A DNA stretch of 64,000 bases from an uncultured Gammaproteobacteria bacterium (GCA_963786385.1 CAWAYS010000005.1:467331-531330); one strand, 5' to 3'; positions 32,895-43,562 are shown, counted from the stretch's first letter. The notes: generated by a model from the letters alone, not told the origin. Made by a program: numbers and translations.

Positions 32895-33437
32895 CTTCTG
32901 TACCCTGGTCGGAAGGCTTCCTACACGTGCCCTCCGACCGAAAAATCAATCGAAAGGCTAGTCCTTCGCACCCCCGCCGTATCGCTGCACGAGCTTCCGG
33001 TCGAGCCATTCACGGCTGCTTCCGAAGGAGACGGCGCACGACGTTTTGCCACAAACGGCAGAGATGGCGCGTTCACGCGGCGAAAGGTCGACGGCAACGA
33101 TGTGTGTGTGCGAATTCATGTGCGCGCGAAATTTACGCCTGCGCGTTCCGCATGTCAAAGCACTTTTCGTGATATCGGCCGAGCGGCACTTTTCCAGAAG
33201 TGGAACGGCATCCGCGTCGGATCGAGCGATGCGTGGCGGACTTTCGGATCGCTGCCGAGCTCGGGCGCGTTACGGTCCGCTGACCGACCCCCGGTGCGTC
33301 ACTGCATTCGGCATCTCGACTCGGTACCATAGCCGGACGTTCATCTCCGTTCGTACGAGCGAGAACGATCATATGAAAGATGCGGATGTCAGGACGATTG
33401 GCCGGCTCGCCGAACGTGTCGGCGCAAACAAAGTCCC

Positions 33438-35789
33438 ATGACCGACGGCAACGAGACAGCGACCGATCCCGTCTGTGGCATGAGCGTGAATCCGGCCACG
33501 GCGCTCGGGTATGCGCACGCGGGCCGAAACTATCACTTCTGTTGCGCGGGCTGTCGCGACAAGTTCGCCGCCGATCCGGAAAAGTACCTCGCGAGCGATG
33601 TCGGCAGTCACGGTGCGCAACGCAAAGGCGAGATACGTGGCACGTCGTCGGCAACGGATGCTTCGGGCGCCACGGTATGGACGTGTCCCATGCACCCGGA
33701 CGTCCGCCGTCCGAAGCCAGGGCCATGTCCGCTTTGCGGAATGGCGCTCGAGCCCGAATCGCCGCTCGCCGAGGAAGGCGACAGCGAAGAGCTCGTCGAC
33801 ATGCGTCGTCGATTCTGGATCGCAGCCGTGCTCACCGTGCCGTTGCTGTGGGCAATGCTCGGCGGGTGGCTGCCGGCCGTCGATCCGATGCGACTCTTCG
33901 GCCACAGGGCCGTGGCCTGGGCACAGCTCGTGGTCGCGACACCCGTCGTGCTGTGGGCCGGCGCGCCGTTTTTCGTGCGTGGCTGGCAGTCGGTCGTCAA
34001 TCGCAGCCTGAACATGTTCTCGCTCATTGCTTTGGGGACCGGCGCAGCTTGGGGGTTCTCGGTGTTCTCTACGCTTCTTCCGCAAGCTTTGCCCGCGTCG
34101 TTTCTCGGCCCTACGGGCGAAGCGCCGGTGTACTTCGAGGCGGCGGCCGTCATCGTCACGCTCGTGCTGCTCGGCCAAGTGCTAGAGCTGCGTGCACGTG
34201 CACAGACGTCGGGTGCGATTCGTGCACTGCTGAAGCTCGCACCGAAAATTGCGCACCGCATCGACGAGAACGGCGAGGAGCACGATGTGCCGCTCGAAGA
34301 CGTGGAAATCGGCGATTACTTGCGCGTGCGTCCTGGCGAGAACATTCCCGTGGACGGCGTCGTCCTCGACGGCTCGAGCCACGTCGACGAGTCGATGCTC
34401 ACGGGCGAGCCCGATCCCGTGCGCAAGACGGAGGACGCGGCGCTGTCCGCCGGCACGACGAACGGCAGCGGCACGCTGCTCATGCAGGCCGAGCACGTGG
34501 GCGGCGAAACGTTGCTGTCGCAAATCGTGCAAATGGTCGCACAAGCGCAGCGGTCTCGAGCGCCCGTGCAGAGCCTTGCGGATCGCGTGTCCGCGTGGTT
34601 CGTGCCGACGGTCGTCGGCACTGCCGTGCTCGCGGCCGTGATCTGGGCTGCCCTGGGGCCGCCGCCGCAATTCGCCTATGCGCTGCTCGTCGGCGTGTCC
34701 GTGCTCATCGTCGCATGCCCATGCGCGCTGGGACTCGCGACGCCGATGTCGATCATGGTCGGTGTCGGCCGCGGCGCGACCGAGGGCGTGCTCATCAAGG
34801 ACGCGGCGGCGCTCGAGCGGCTGGAGAAGGTCACGACGCTCGTCGTCGACAAGACGGGGACGCTCACGGAAGGCAAGCCGAGCTTGCAGCGTGCCGTGGC
34901 GGCCGGCGAGTTCGAAGAGAGCGAGCTGCTCAAGCTCGCTGCGGCCGTCGAAGCGCCGAGCGAGCACCCGCTGGCGCGCGCGATCGTCGTCGGCGCCAAG
35001 GACCGCGGCATCGATTTGCCCGCGGGCACTGGCGCATTCGAATCGAATGCCGGCTTGGGCGTGTGGGGCGAGGTCGATGGCCGGCAAGTCGTCGTCGGCA
35101 ATGCCAAGCTCATGGACGAGCGAGGCGTCGACGTGACGGAGCTCGCCGAGACGGCAGCGCAAGAGAGCGGTCGCGGCGCGACGGCCGTCTACGTCGCAGT
35201 CGATGGCCGCGCCGCCGGTATTTTGATCGTTGCCGACGCGATCAAAAAGACCACGCCCGAGGCGATCGAAGCGCTCCGGCAAGCCGGTGTCAGGATCATC
35301 ATGCTTACAGGCGACGACGAGCGCACGGCACGGGCCGTCGGCAACGAGCTCGGCGTCGACGAAGTCGTCGCCGGCGTCTTGCCGAAGGACAAGGCGGGCG
35401 TCGTCGAGCGTCTGCAAAGGGAGGGTCACGTCGTCGCGATGGCCGGCGACGGTGTCAACGACGCGCCTGCGCTCGCTCGCGCCGACGTCGGCATCGCGAT
35501 GGGCACGGGCACCGACGTCGCGATGCAGTCCGCCGGCATCACGCTGGTCAAAGGCGATCTACGCGGCATCGTGCGCGCCTTGCGGCTGTCGCGGCGCACG
35601 ATGCGCAACATTCGCCAGAACCTGCTGTTCGCCTTCGGTTACAACTCGCTCGGTGTGCCGATCGCCGCCGGCGTGCTCTATCCCGTGTTCGGTTTGCTGC
35701 TGTCGCCGGCGATCGCGAGCTTCGCGATGAGTCTGTCGTCGGTGTCCGTCATCGCCAATGCGCTGAGGCTGCGGACCGTGAAGCTCTGA
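33438..35789 (+). CDS. Heavy-metal (Cu+/Ag+-type) translocating P1B-type ATPase with an N-terminal YHS/TRASH domain
   Basis: The N-terminus (DPVCGMSV…HFCCAGCRDKF), the CPC transmembrane metal site, DKTGTLT phosphorylation, and GDGVNDAPAL hinge are present. 783 aa and intact. Confidence 0.9.
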   Translation: MTDGNETATDPVCGMSVNPATALGYAHAGRNYHFCCAGCRDKFAADPEKYLASDVGSHGAQRKGEIRGTSSATDASGATVWTCPMHPDVRRPKPGPCPLCGMALEPESPLAEEGDSEELVDMRRRFWIAAVLTVPLLWAMLGGWLPAVDPMRLFGHRAVAWAQLVVATPVVLWAGAPFFVRGWQSVVNRSLNMFSLIALGTGAAWGFSVFSTLLPQALPASFLGPTGEAPVYFEAAAVIVTLVLLGQVLELRARAQTSGAIRALLKLAPKIAHRIDENGEEHDVPLEDVEIGDYLRVRPGENIPVDGVVLDGSSHVDESMLTGEPDPVRKTEDAALSAGTTNGSGTLLMQAEHVGGETLLSQIVQMVAQAQRSRAPVQSLADRVSAWFVPTVVGTAVLAAVIWAALGPPPQFAYALLVGVSVLIVACPCALGLATPMSIMVGVGRGATEGVLIKDAAALERLEKVTTLVVDKTGTLTEGKPSLQRAVAAGEFEESELLKLAAAVEAPSEHPLARAIVVGAKDRGIDLPAGTGAFESNAGLGVWGEVDGRQVVVGNAKLMDERGVDVTELAETAAQESGRGATAVYVAVDGRAAGILIVADAIKKTTPEAIEALRQAGVRIIMLTGDDERTARAVGNELGVDEVVAGVLPKDKAGVVERLQREGHVVAMAGDGVNDAPALARADVGIAMGTGTDVAMQSAGITLVKGDLRGIVRALRLSRRTMRNIRQNLLFAFGYNSLGVPIAAGVLYPVFGLLLSPAIASFAMSLSSVSVIANALRLRTVKL

Positions 35790-35863
35790 AGAAACGTGCG
35801 GACGTCATGCGATCCGCGGTCGTGCGGACGGGGCATCGCAACGTGCGAGCACGAGTCTCGCGA

Positions 35864-36517
35864 CTAGTGGACCGGCCTTCTGTGTCGGTCGGCCCAGGCG
35901 GCCCAGGCGATCAGCAGCCAGCCGACGAAAGAGAACCAGGCGAGCCCGCGCGCGCTCGGCGGCGGCGGTGACCAAGGGCCCGACGCCCAAATCACGGTCG
36001 GCACGAGCAGAAACGACCACAGGCCGATCGAGCCGATTTTGTTTTTCGCGCGAGTGCCGCTCACGTATACGGCAATGCCGACGATGTACAGCGCGCCTTC
36101 GACGAGCAGCGTCCCCGGCACCGAGTTCCACAGCCCGAGACCGATGCGCGGCGACGCGCCGGGCCACAGCGGCAGGTCCGGCACGTGCACGACGGTGTCC
36201 AAGAACCAGTGGCTTACGACGACGGCGCCGACGAGCACCACTGCGCCACGCGTGACCCCGCGTGAAGCCGCCAAACCCGCGGCGACGAGGCCCCATGCAC
36301 ATGCCATGACCAAGCTGTGCGACCAAGGGTACGAGTCGAACACGAGCGCGTTGAATGCCGTCGCGCCCGGCACGATGCTCACGTGCTCGACGCCGGCGAG
36401 CAGCAAGACGGGCCACACGAGGTCCAGGCCGAAAGCGGCCGCGACCAGCCAGCCCAGCGAAATCTTCGGCACGCGGCGCTTGGCCGCGAGCGCTACGGCC
36501 GTGTGTCCGACGAACAT
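35864..36517 (-). CDS. Membrane-bound metal-dependent hydrolase (YdjM/DUF457 family)
   Basis: MFVGHTAVALAAK… with multiple TM helices and conserved His residues. Confidence 0.55.
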   Translation of the reverse strand: MFVGHTAVALAAKRRVPKISLGWLVAAAFGLDLVWPVLLLAGVEHVSIVPGATAFNALVFDSYPWSHSLVMACAWGLVAAGLAASRGVTRGAVVLVGAVVVSHWFLDTVVHVPDLPLWPGASPRIGLGLWNSVPGTLLVEGALYIVGIAVYVSGTRAKNKIGSIGLWSFLLVPTVIWASGPWSPPPPSARGLAWFSFVGWLLIAWAAWADRHRRPVH

Positions 36518-36557
36518 CGCGTGCTACGGTGGCCGCGGCGTTGCATCACGTCGTCGG

Positions 36558-37589
36558 TCATTGCGGCTTCGGCGGCAGCGACGCGAGATAGGCCGAGAGG
36601 TTCAAGATGTCCTCGGCCGTGAGGTTCGCGACGACGGGGCCCATGAGCGGCGCCCAAACGCCGTGTCGCGTGCCCTGCTTGAAGTCGATGAGCTGGCGCG
36701 CGATATAGCTCGGCGAGCGGCCGCGCAGCGGTGGAACCAGCGCGAGGCCCGCGAGGTTCGAACCGTGGCAGACCGTGCAAGGCGTCGTCTTGCCTGCGCC
36801 CGTGTTGGCGAGCATCTCGCCGTTCGCGACGGCGCCTTTGGGCACATAGGCCGTGAACCCCGAGTGCGGATTGCGCAGTTTTTCGGTGTAGCCCGCATTA
36901 TTCGGAGTCTCGACGATGCGTTTGCCAAGCGGCTCCGTGCCGGCCTCGGCGCCTTCGAGCTTCAGATACATGCCGCCTTGGACGCGCGTTTTCGGCACGG
37001 TATCCGTCTCCACGACCTCGATCCACGGCGACCAGTCGAGCGCGCCGAAATACTCGGCGGCCTGTTGGATCTCCTCTTCGGTCATCGCGTGCGCGAACGC
37101 GGCCATCATCGGCGTGTTCGGCTTGAGCGGCTGGGCGCTCAGACGCAAGCCGTTCTTGAAGTCGTGCAGCTGCTGCACGAAGTAGCCGACTTGCAATCCC
37201 GCGACGCCGGCGTTTTCGGGACGACCTTTGCCGTTCGGGTAATGACAAAGCGAGCAGGCCATGACGCCGGCCGATTCGCGTCCGAAAGCCACGATCTTTG
37301 GCATCGCGGGATGCTCGGCCGGGAACCAGTCGGCCGGCCCTTGGCGGTTGCGAATCTGGTCGAGGGTGAACGAGCGGTCCGAGCCCGGCAGCGTGAACTT
37401 CGTGCCGTCGTCGGCCGTCGGTGCCGGCGCGGGCCCGGGCGGGCTGATCGCATACGCCCAGGCCAGCTCTTCGACGAGCTCGGCGGCCGCGACGTGGGTG
37501 GCGAGCGTCGAGGCTGCGGCGAGGCTCAACAGCACGGACGACGCACGCGCCATGCGGCCAGCGGCCGCCGAAATGCCGGCGAGATTCAT
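36558..37589 (-). CDS. Periplasmic diheme c-type cytochrome
   Basis: A signal peptide starts at MNLAGISAAAGRMA…. Two CxxCH motifs are present (CSLCH and CTVCH). Confidence 0.75.
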   Translation of the reverse strand: MNLAGISAAAGRMARASSVLLSLAAASTLATHVAAAELVEELAWAYAISPPGPAPAPTADDGTKFTLPGSDRSFTLDQIRNRQGPADWFPAEHPAMPKIVAFGRESAGVMACSLCHYPNGKGRPENAGVAGLQVGYFVQQLHDFKNGLRLSAQPLKPNTPMMAAFAHAMTEEEIQQAAEYFGALDWSPWIEVVETDTVPKTRVQGGMYLKLEGAEAGTEPLGKRIVETPNNAGYTEKLRNPHSGFTAYVPKGAVANGEMLANTGAGKTTPCTVCHGSNLAGLALVPPLRGRSPSYIARQLIDFKQGTRHGVWAPLMGPVVANLTAEDILNLSAYLASLPPKPQ

Positions 37590-37746
37590 CGAGCCCCCCC
37601 ATGATTCTTGTTGTTCGACGACGCCTGCCAATATACCCCGAAACGAGCGCGCGACGACGATTCTCCAAGCAGTCCGTAGGGGTTGAATCCGAAGGCGGCG
37701 ATTGGCGCACAATGGCGTATCGAAAACCACAACGAAGGAGACGCGG

Positions 37747-38325
37747 ATGGCACTGAAGCTTGAGCTCGAGCTCGGCGACGACGATCTCGCCTACTACCGA
37801 GGGGTCATGGACGCGACTTGGGAGCGCAATCAGGCGCGTAACGACCAGGATCTGCTGCGCAGCGCTCGTCGACTGCTGCAAGAGCAACAGAAGGGCAAGA
37901 TTCCGGGCTATGTCCGCAAGCGTCTCGACGATCTCGGTGCGTTGATTTCGATGCTCGAAGACCCCGAGTGGCCGCTCGAGGACAAGGACCGCCGCCGCAT
38001 CTTGGCGGCCACGAGCTACTTCGCCGACCCCGTCGACATGATCCCGGACAAGATCCCGGGGCTAGGCTTTCTCGACGACGCGATCATGGCCGAGCTCGTG
38101 ATCGGCGAGCTCCAGCACGACCTCGAGGGCTATCGGGAATTCTGCGAGTATCGGGAAAAAGAGCAGCAGCTGCACGGCGAGGAGGGCGAGCACGTGAGCC
38201 GCGAGGAATGGCTGGCTGCCAAGCGCCGGCAGATCTTTCTGCGCATTCAGCGCCGCCAGCAAGAACGCCGCCGCCACTGGTCGACCGAAGGTCCGACGGA
38301 TCCGATACTGCGCTACGAGTACTAG
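37747..38325 (+). CDS. DUF1232 (YkvA-like) domain protein
   Basis: The DUF1232 core is PVDMIPDKIPGLGFLDDAIMAELV. There is a GAAGGAG RBS. Confidence 0.65.
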   Translation: MALKLELELGDDDLAYYRGVMDATWERNQARNDQDLLRSARRLLQEQQKGKIPGYVRKRLDDLGALISMLEDPEWPLEDKDRRRILAATSYFADPVDMIPDKIPGLGFLDDAIMAELVIGELQHDLEGYREFCEYREKEQQLHGEEGEHVSREEWLAAKRRQIFLRIQRRQQERRRHWSTEGPTDPILRYEY

Positions 38326-38424
38326 GCAGGATCGCGCGGCAGTCACCGCACGATCATTCGCTCGGTGCTCTCAACGGCGAGCGAAGTCGACGCCCGTCAA
38401 CCTCTTCGCGCATTCCTACGCGGG

Positions 38425-38820
38425 CTAGAGCGGTCCTGCCTCGTCGGGTTGCGGGCATTTGTCGAGAAAGTCGTTGAGCTCGTCCCGGTTGTCCATCGAC
38501 ACGAACCGCGCGAGGTGCTTTGCGATGTACGCCTTGACGGCTTCCTCGGCGTGCAGTTGGCTCGCACCCGTGTCTTGCCGGTAACGACGGACGGCGGCGG
38601 CGCGATAGTCATCCGACTGTTGCCGTATCATGTCGCGCATCTCGGGCTTTCGGCTCGGATCGGTGAGGCGGTCTTGCCAGTTGGCACGATAGGCGGCGGC
38701 GCAGTCCGCGTAGTCGCTCCAAGCGTCTGCAGCCGCGACCGCGAAGGTCGATAGTGCGAGCGTCGTCGTGATGGCCGCGATCGAGACGAGCACTTTGATC
38801 ACGGGGATGTTTCCGGTGGC
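38425..38820 (-). CDS. Small secreted hypothetical protein
   Basis: A signal peptide (MATGNIPVIKVLVSIAAITTTLALSTFAVAAA) followed by a helical domain. Confidence 0.45.
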   Translation of the reverse strand, partial: ATGNIPVIKVLVSIAAITTTLALSTFAVAAADAWSDYADCAAAYRANWQDRLTDPSRKPEMRDMIRQQSDDYRAAAVRRYRQDTGASQLHAEEAVKAYIAKHLARFVSMDNRDELNDFLDKCPQPDEAGPL

Positions 38821-38859
38821 CATCAAACGGATGATTCGAGCCTGGCACAATATACCGCC

Positions 38860-38883
38860 GCAATCTGAAAGCCACCTGAAAGG
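38860..38883 (+). promoter_or_regulatory. Putative response-regulator operator: CTGAAA direct repeats 11 bp apart (GCAATCTGAAAGCCACCTGAAAGG)
   Basis: A near-identical copy lies upstream of the RND pump at 43563..43586. Both sit ~100–115 bp upstream of plus-strand starts. Confidence 0.55.
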
Positions 38884-38994
38884 ATGCCTGGCCAACAGTC
38901 ACGGGCCCGGAGTCATGCGCATCGTTCATGTTTGACCAACGGGTCGCGACGGTCGAAAGTATCCGGGTCGGATTGGGATGGAAGCTCGAAGGTA

Positions 38995-39675
38995 ATGCGC
39001 GTTCTGATCGTCGAGGACGAGCCGCAGATGGCTGAGCAACTTCGCCGAGGCCTTGAGCAGGAAGGCTATTCGTCTCTCGTCGCCCTCGATGGTCAGCAAG
39101 CGCTCGATCTGGCTCGAACCTTCGATCACGATCTCATGATTCTCGATCGAATGCTGCCGAAGGTGGACGGCCGTGACGTGGCGCGACGATTGCGGGCCGC
39201 AGGTGTCAGGACTCCGATACTGATGCTGACAGCGCGGGATTCGTCAACTGATGTCGTCGAAGGTCTCGATGGGGGTGCCGACGACTACCTGACTAAACCT
39301 TTTGCCTTCGAGGTGCTGCTGGCGCGTTTACGCGCGCTCGCGCGGCGAGTCCCTGTCACACAATCAATTGTCCTGCGCGTTGCCGATCTCGAGCTCGATC
39401 CTGCGCGGCACACGGTAACGCGTCTTGGTATCGAGATAGGACTCAGTGTGAGGGAGTTCCGGTTGCTTCATTTCTTGGTTCGTCGCGCCAACCAAATCGT
39501 CCCGAGAGAGACGTTGATGGAAGCCGTTTGGGGATACGAAAGCAGTGTCGAGAGCAATACACTGGATGCGTTCATTCACCTCCTTCGCACGAAGATCGAC
39601 GCTCCGCCGTACGACAAGCTCATCCACACAGTCCGCGGGATGGGGTACTGCGTCAGGGCGCCGGAGTTGAAATGA
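38995..39675 (+). CDS. OmpR-family response regulator (CusR/CopR-like)
   Basis: A receiver domain (MRVLIVEDE…D52 region) and a winged-helix output domain. Its stop overlaps the kinase start. Confidence 0.85.
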   Translation: MRVLIVEDEPQMAEQLRRGLEQEGYSSLVALDGQQALDLARTFDHDLMILDRMLPKVDGRDVARRLRAAGVRTPILMLTARDSSTDVVEGLDGGADDYLTKPFAFEVLLARLRALARRVPVTQSIVLRVADLELDPARHTVTRLGIEIGLSVREFRLLHFLVRRANQIVPRETLMEAVWGYESSVESNTLDAFIHLLRTKIDAPPYDKLIHTVRGMGYCVRAPELK

Positions 39676-41099
39676 ACCTGCATTCGATCGGCGTTCGTCT
39701 TACTGCGTGGTACGCGACGGTGCTTGCCGTGTCGATACTGTTCCTCGGCGGTGCGATGTGGCTCGCGGTTGAGCGAAGCCTCTACCACTCGGTCGATGAA
39801 TCGCTCCGCGACCGCGCCGAGGGGATAAGAATCTTCGTTGAAGATCATAAGAGCAGGCTTTCTTTGGACGAAGTCAAGGAGGAATTTCGCGCGCATGGGG
39901 ACCTGTTCCAAGTGATCGATGACCGTGGAAACGCAGTGCATCAGGCGGTGGCCCTGCGCGGCCAGGCTGCGCCGACTATCGACAAGCTCGGCGCAGAGCC
40001 ACGTTTCGAGAACGCGGTGATCAACGGAGTTCTGATGCGGTTCTTGTCGACGAGCATCGACGTTGACGGGCACCCTTACACGGTGCAAGTGGCTGCGCCG
40101 CTACGCGAGCTGCAGCGCGGCCTCCGCGATGCGCTTTGGCTGTTGTTGCCGCTTTTTCCCCTTGTGCTTCTGCTCGCCGCCGGAGGGGGCTACTGGCTGA
40201 GCCGCCGAGCTCTGGCGCCCGTTGACCAGATCACGGAGACGGCCCGGTCGATCACCGCCGACAACCTAGCCGACAGGCTCGCCGTGCCGGCGACCGGCGA
40301 CGAGCTCCAACGGTTGTCGGAAACGCTCAACGACATGATCGCGCGGCTCGAATCGGCGTTCCGAAGGATCTCGCGGTTCACGGCCGATGCCTCGCACGAG
40401 CTCCGCACGCCTTTGGCCGTGATGCGAACGACTGCAGAGGTCGCGCTCCGTTCGGACCGACCGAAAGACGTGCACCGCGAAGCGCTCGAGCACATCGTTG
40501 CGGAAACTCAGCGCACCTCGCAGCTCGTCGACAACATGTTGCTGATCGCGAATGCCGATTGCGGGCATGAACGGCTGAACATGGCACGCGTCGATCTGGT
40601 CGCGTCGGTTGGCGAGGCCTGCGCCGAGGCGGCCGTTCTGGCGCGGGAAAAAGGTGTGCGATTCGATGTGCGACTACCGGTCGGTCCCGTATGGGTCAAA
40701 GGCGACGCCAATGCCCTGCGGCGACTCTTCTTGATCTTGATCGACAATGCAGTCAAGTACACGCCACCGGGTGGGACGTGTGACGTGTATTTCGCGCAGC
40801 GTGAAGGCGCAGCCATCGGCGTCGTTAGGGACACGGGCATCGGTATCGCAAGTGACGATCTGCCGCATATCTTCGACCGTTTCTACAGAGTCGATCGAGC
40901 CCGTTCCCGTCGGCAAGGCGGCACTGGGCTCGGGCTCGCGATCGGCCGGTGGATTGTCACGTCGCACAACGGATCGATCGACGTCAAGAGCGCGGTCGAC
41001 CGCGGAACGGCGTTCGAGGTCCGATTGCCGCTCGTGGACGGCGCGACCCGGCGCGAGCGAGGTTACGGCGACGATCTCGCTACCGAAGCTGCGAGCTGA
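39672..41099 (+). CDS. Sensor histidine kinase (CusS/CopS-like)
   Basis: Two TM helices around a periplasmic domain, a HAMP domain, an H-box (ASHELRTPL), and N/G1/G2 boxes (DNAVKYTPPGG, GTGLGLAI). Confidence 0.85.
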   Translation: MNLHSIGVRLTAWYATVLAVSILFLGGAMWLAVERSLYHSVDESLRDRAEGIRIFVEDHKSRLSLDEVKEEFRAHGDLFQVIDDRGNAVHQAVALRGQAAPTIDKLGAEPRFENAVINGVLMRFLSTSIDVDGHPYTVQVAAPLRELQRGLRDALWLLLPLFPLVLLLAAGGGYWLSRRALAPVDQITETARSITADNLADRLAVPATGDELQRLSETLNDMIARLESAFRRISRFTADASHELRTPLAVMRTTAEVALRSDRPKDVHREALEHIVAETQRTSQLVDNMLLIANADCGHERLNMARVDLVASVGEACAEAAVLAREKGVRFDVRLPVGPVWVKGDANALRRLFLILIDNAVKYTPPGGTCDVYFAQREGAAIGVVRDTGIGIASDDLPHIFDRFYRVDRARSRRQGGTGLGLAIGRWIVTSHNGSIDVKSAVDRGTAFEVRLPLVDGATRRERGYGDDLATEAAS

Positions 41100-42441
41100 G
41101 AGAGTTGCCGATTGCTGTGTGCAGGCGAATCTGCGCCAGGGAGTAGTTCACGCGCGCCTCGAGGCGTGCCACCTCCGCGGCCGCGAGCATTTGCATCGCT
41201 TGTAGCACTTCGAGCGGCAGTCCTTGGTGATCATAGATGCGCGCGCGGTTCAGCGTGTAGGCCTTCTGCGCGCGTTCGACCGTGACGTCCGTGAGCGTGA
41301 GCTGTTGCTTGAAGCTTCGGACGCGGGCGTAGTCCTCTCGCACTTCGGCAGCGATGCTGTCGCGGAGCTTGTCGCGCTCGAGCCCGATCCTTTGCAGCTG
41401 CGCGCGTTTCTCGTTGGCGCGAGCTCGATGGCCGAGCCCGAAGCTGTCGAACTGCCAGTAGAGCGTCAGCGCCAAGTCCGAGCGATCGTCCGTGTTGTCG
41501 ATCGCCGATCCCGGGCCGCCGCCGAACCGTTGCTTGCCGTAGTCGAGTGCCACGTCCGGGACGAAGAGTTTGTAGTGCTCGGCGCTCAAGTCGGCTTGCG
41601 CGGCCGCGACGAGCGCGTTGTACTGCTCGGCCTCGGGTCGAGAAGTGACGGCGCGCGAGATGAGCTGGCCGACGTCCTCGTTGTCCGAGAAGATCTCGAG
41701 CGGCGGAATCTCGCTCTCCATGGGCTCGAGCACGACGCTCGGATCCAAGTGCAAGAGCCGACTGAGCTCTGCGGCAGCCGTCTCGTTTCGTTCTTGCGTT
41801 GCGACGCGGCGCTGCTGCCAGAGCAGTGGCTGCACGGCGGCCATTTGCGCGTCGGACTCGAGGCCTTCACCGGCCTCGGCGTAGTTGGCCGTCAGAGTCG
41901 CAAGGTCCGTCGCACGCTCGAGCGCGCGTTGCACGATGGCGCTTTCGGCGCGCGACTCCAGTAGCCGCAGGTAGGCGGTGGCGACGTCAACGAAGACTCG
42001 ATGACGGTTGGCATTCGATGCAGCCGCGGCCGCAGCGCGGTTCTGCTTGGCTACCAGCGGCGCGAAAACGGCGTCGGTGATGTCGACCTTGAGCTCCGTG
42101 CTCACACCGCTCCCGCGTGCGGCGCGGTCTGCGTCGAGGACTTGGCCGCTGGTCTCCTGAATGTTGCCGGTGTGACGGGCATAGTCGGCGCCGACTCGGA
42201 TTGCGGGGACGGCCAGCGTTTGCGCCTCGGCAACCTTGGCGGACGCTTCGGCGATGCGTGCGACGTAGATCGCGACGTCGAGGTTACGTTCGTCGGCGAG
42301 CCGCAACGCGGTCGGCAGATCGATCGGCAAGACATTGTTGTCGGCGGCTTGAGCACGAATCTGGCCCGCGAGGGCGACCGTTAGCAGCGGCACGAGCGCC
42401 GTGCAGCGGACATTGGCTCGGCGGGGAGGGGCTTGACTCAT
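41080..42441 (-). CDS. TolC-family outer-membrane efflux protein
   Basis: A 453-aa ORF with a signal peptide and two-repeat OEP architecture. Confidence 0.8.
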   Translation of the reverse strand: MSQAPPRRANVRCTALVPLLTVALAGQIRAQAADNNVLPIDLPTALRLADERNLDVAIYVARIAEASAKVAEAQTLAVPAIRVGADYARHTGNIQETSGQVLDADRAARGSGVSTELKVDITDAVFAPLVAKQNRAAAAAASNANRHRVFVDVATAYLRLLESRAESAIVQRALERATDLATLTANYAEAGEGLESDAQMAAVQPLLWQQRRVATQERNETAAAELSRLLHLDPSVVLEPMESEIPPLEIFSDNEDVGQLISRAVTSRPEAEQYNALVAAAQADLSAEHYKLFVPDVALDYGKQRFGGGPGSAIDNTDDRSDLALTLYWQFDSFGLGHRARANEKRAQLQRIGLERDKLRDSIAAEVREDYARVRSFKQQLTLTDVTVERAQKAYTLNRARIYDHQGLPLEVLQAMQMLAAAEVARLEARVNYSLAQIRLHTAIGNSLSSQLR

Positions 42442-43514
42442 TGCGGCGGCTGGCGTGTGAGCACGCGAACCGAAGAGCCGTCCGCGAGCGCCTCGACGCT
42501 GCCGCTGACGACACGCTCGCTACCACTGAGACCGCCGACGACCTCGGTCCAGCCCGCGTCGTTGAGGCCGATCTGCACGGGGCTGCGTTGCACAGTGTCG
42601 CTCGTGCCGACGATGTAGACGAACGAGCCGCCGTCGTCGAATCGAATTGCCGAGGACGGCAGCGCGAGCGTCTTCTGGCGCTTCTCTAGCACGATACGCG
42701 TTTGGCCGTAATAACCGGGGCGGATTCGCCCGTCGGCATTCGGCAGATCGATCTCGACGAGCATCGTCCGCGTGCTCGGGTCGAGTGCTTCCGCGGCTCT
42801 CGCGACTTGACCGACGGAGATCCGGCCCGGGAGCGCATCGAACGCCACTGTCGCTGGATCGCCGACATCGACCCAGGCCGATTCGCGCTCCGGCACGTAC
42901 GTCTTCACGCGAATGACGTTGACCGCTGCGACGCGCATTAGCGGCTCGTTGCCACCTTTCGGCGAGCTTGCCTCGTATACCATGTCGCCAGGATCGATAG
43001 CACGCGATGTGACGATTCCGTCGAATGGCGCCTCGATCGTGGCGTAAGCCATCTGCGCTTCGATCTCGGCTTGCTTCGCGCGCGCCGCGTCGACTCGGCC
43101 CTTGGCTTCCGTGAGCGTCTTCTGCGTGACCGAGTTGCGTTCGGCGAGCATTGCGATGCGGTGGTATTCAGAGTCGAGCGAGGTCACTTCGGCCGCGGCC
43201 CCGTTGCGCGCTTGAATGAGCTCCGGAACCGTGATTCGCGCCAGCACCTGGCCTTTCTTCACGCGCGCGCCGATGTCGACGTCGAGCTCGCTCACGTATC
43301 CGGACACCTTGGCGCCTAGGTCTGCTTCGTAGAATGCCTCGGCCGTGCCGGGCTGGGTCGAGACGAGGTCGAAGTCGCGACGCTCGGGCTCTACGACATT
43401 CACCGAAGCTTGCTGTCCGATCCCCTGCGCGCTCCAAAGCACGGCGACAAGCGAAACGCCGCAAGCCGCAAGCGATCGGAAAGGGAGGTCCGAGATTCGA
43501 GTGTCTTTCGGCAT
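42438..43514 (-). CDS. RND efflux periplasmic adaptor (membrane fusion protein)
   Basis: HlyD/biotin-lipoyl-like and beta-barrel regions are present. The stop overlaps the TolC-like start by 4 nt. Confidence 0.8.
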   Translation of the reverse strand: MPKDTRISDLPFRSLAACGVSLVAVLWSAQGIGQQASVNVVEPERRDFDLVSTQPGTAEAFYEADLGAKVSGYVSELDVDIGARVKKGQVLARITVPELIQARNGAAAEVTSLDSEYHRIAMLAERNSVTQKTLTEAKGRVDAARAKQAEIEAQMAYATIEAPFDGIVTSRAIDPGDMVYEASSPKGGNEPLMRVAAVNVIRVKTYVPERESAWVDVGDPATVAFDALPGRISVGQVARAAEALDPSTRTMLVEIDLPNADGRIRPGYYGQTRIVLEKRQKTLALPSSAIRFDDGGSFVYIVGTSDTVQRSPVQIGLNDAGWTEVVGGLSGSERVVSGSVEALADGSSVRVLTRQPPQ

Positions 43515-43562
43515 GAGTGCTCGCTCGAAGTTCTTGGCGGTGCGGCGAGGAAGTTTACCTGC

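Noticed and set aside
32900-33437. A divergent MerR/CueR-type regulator gene upstream of the CopA-like ATPase
   Set aside because: No minus-strand ORF with an HTH is present. The 22-codon plus-strand ORF abutting the ATPase start is too short and has no MerR motif, and no obvious CueR-type inverted repeat was seen.
30000-33440. An integrated genomic island or prophage at the tRNA-like gene
   Set aside because: No integrase, recombinase, transposase or direct repeat of the tRNA 3' end was found within the window. The neighbouring genes (SPFH protein, rtcB remnant, Nudix hydrolase) are not mobile-element hallmarks. This is left open pending whole-genome context.
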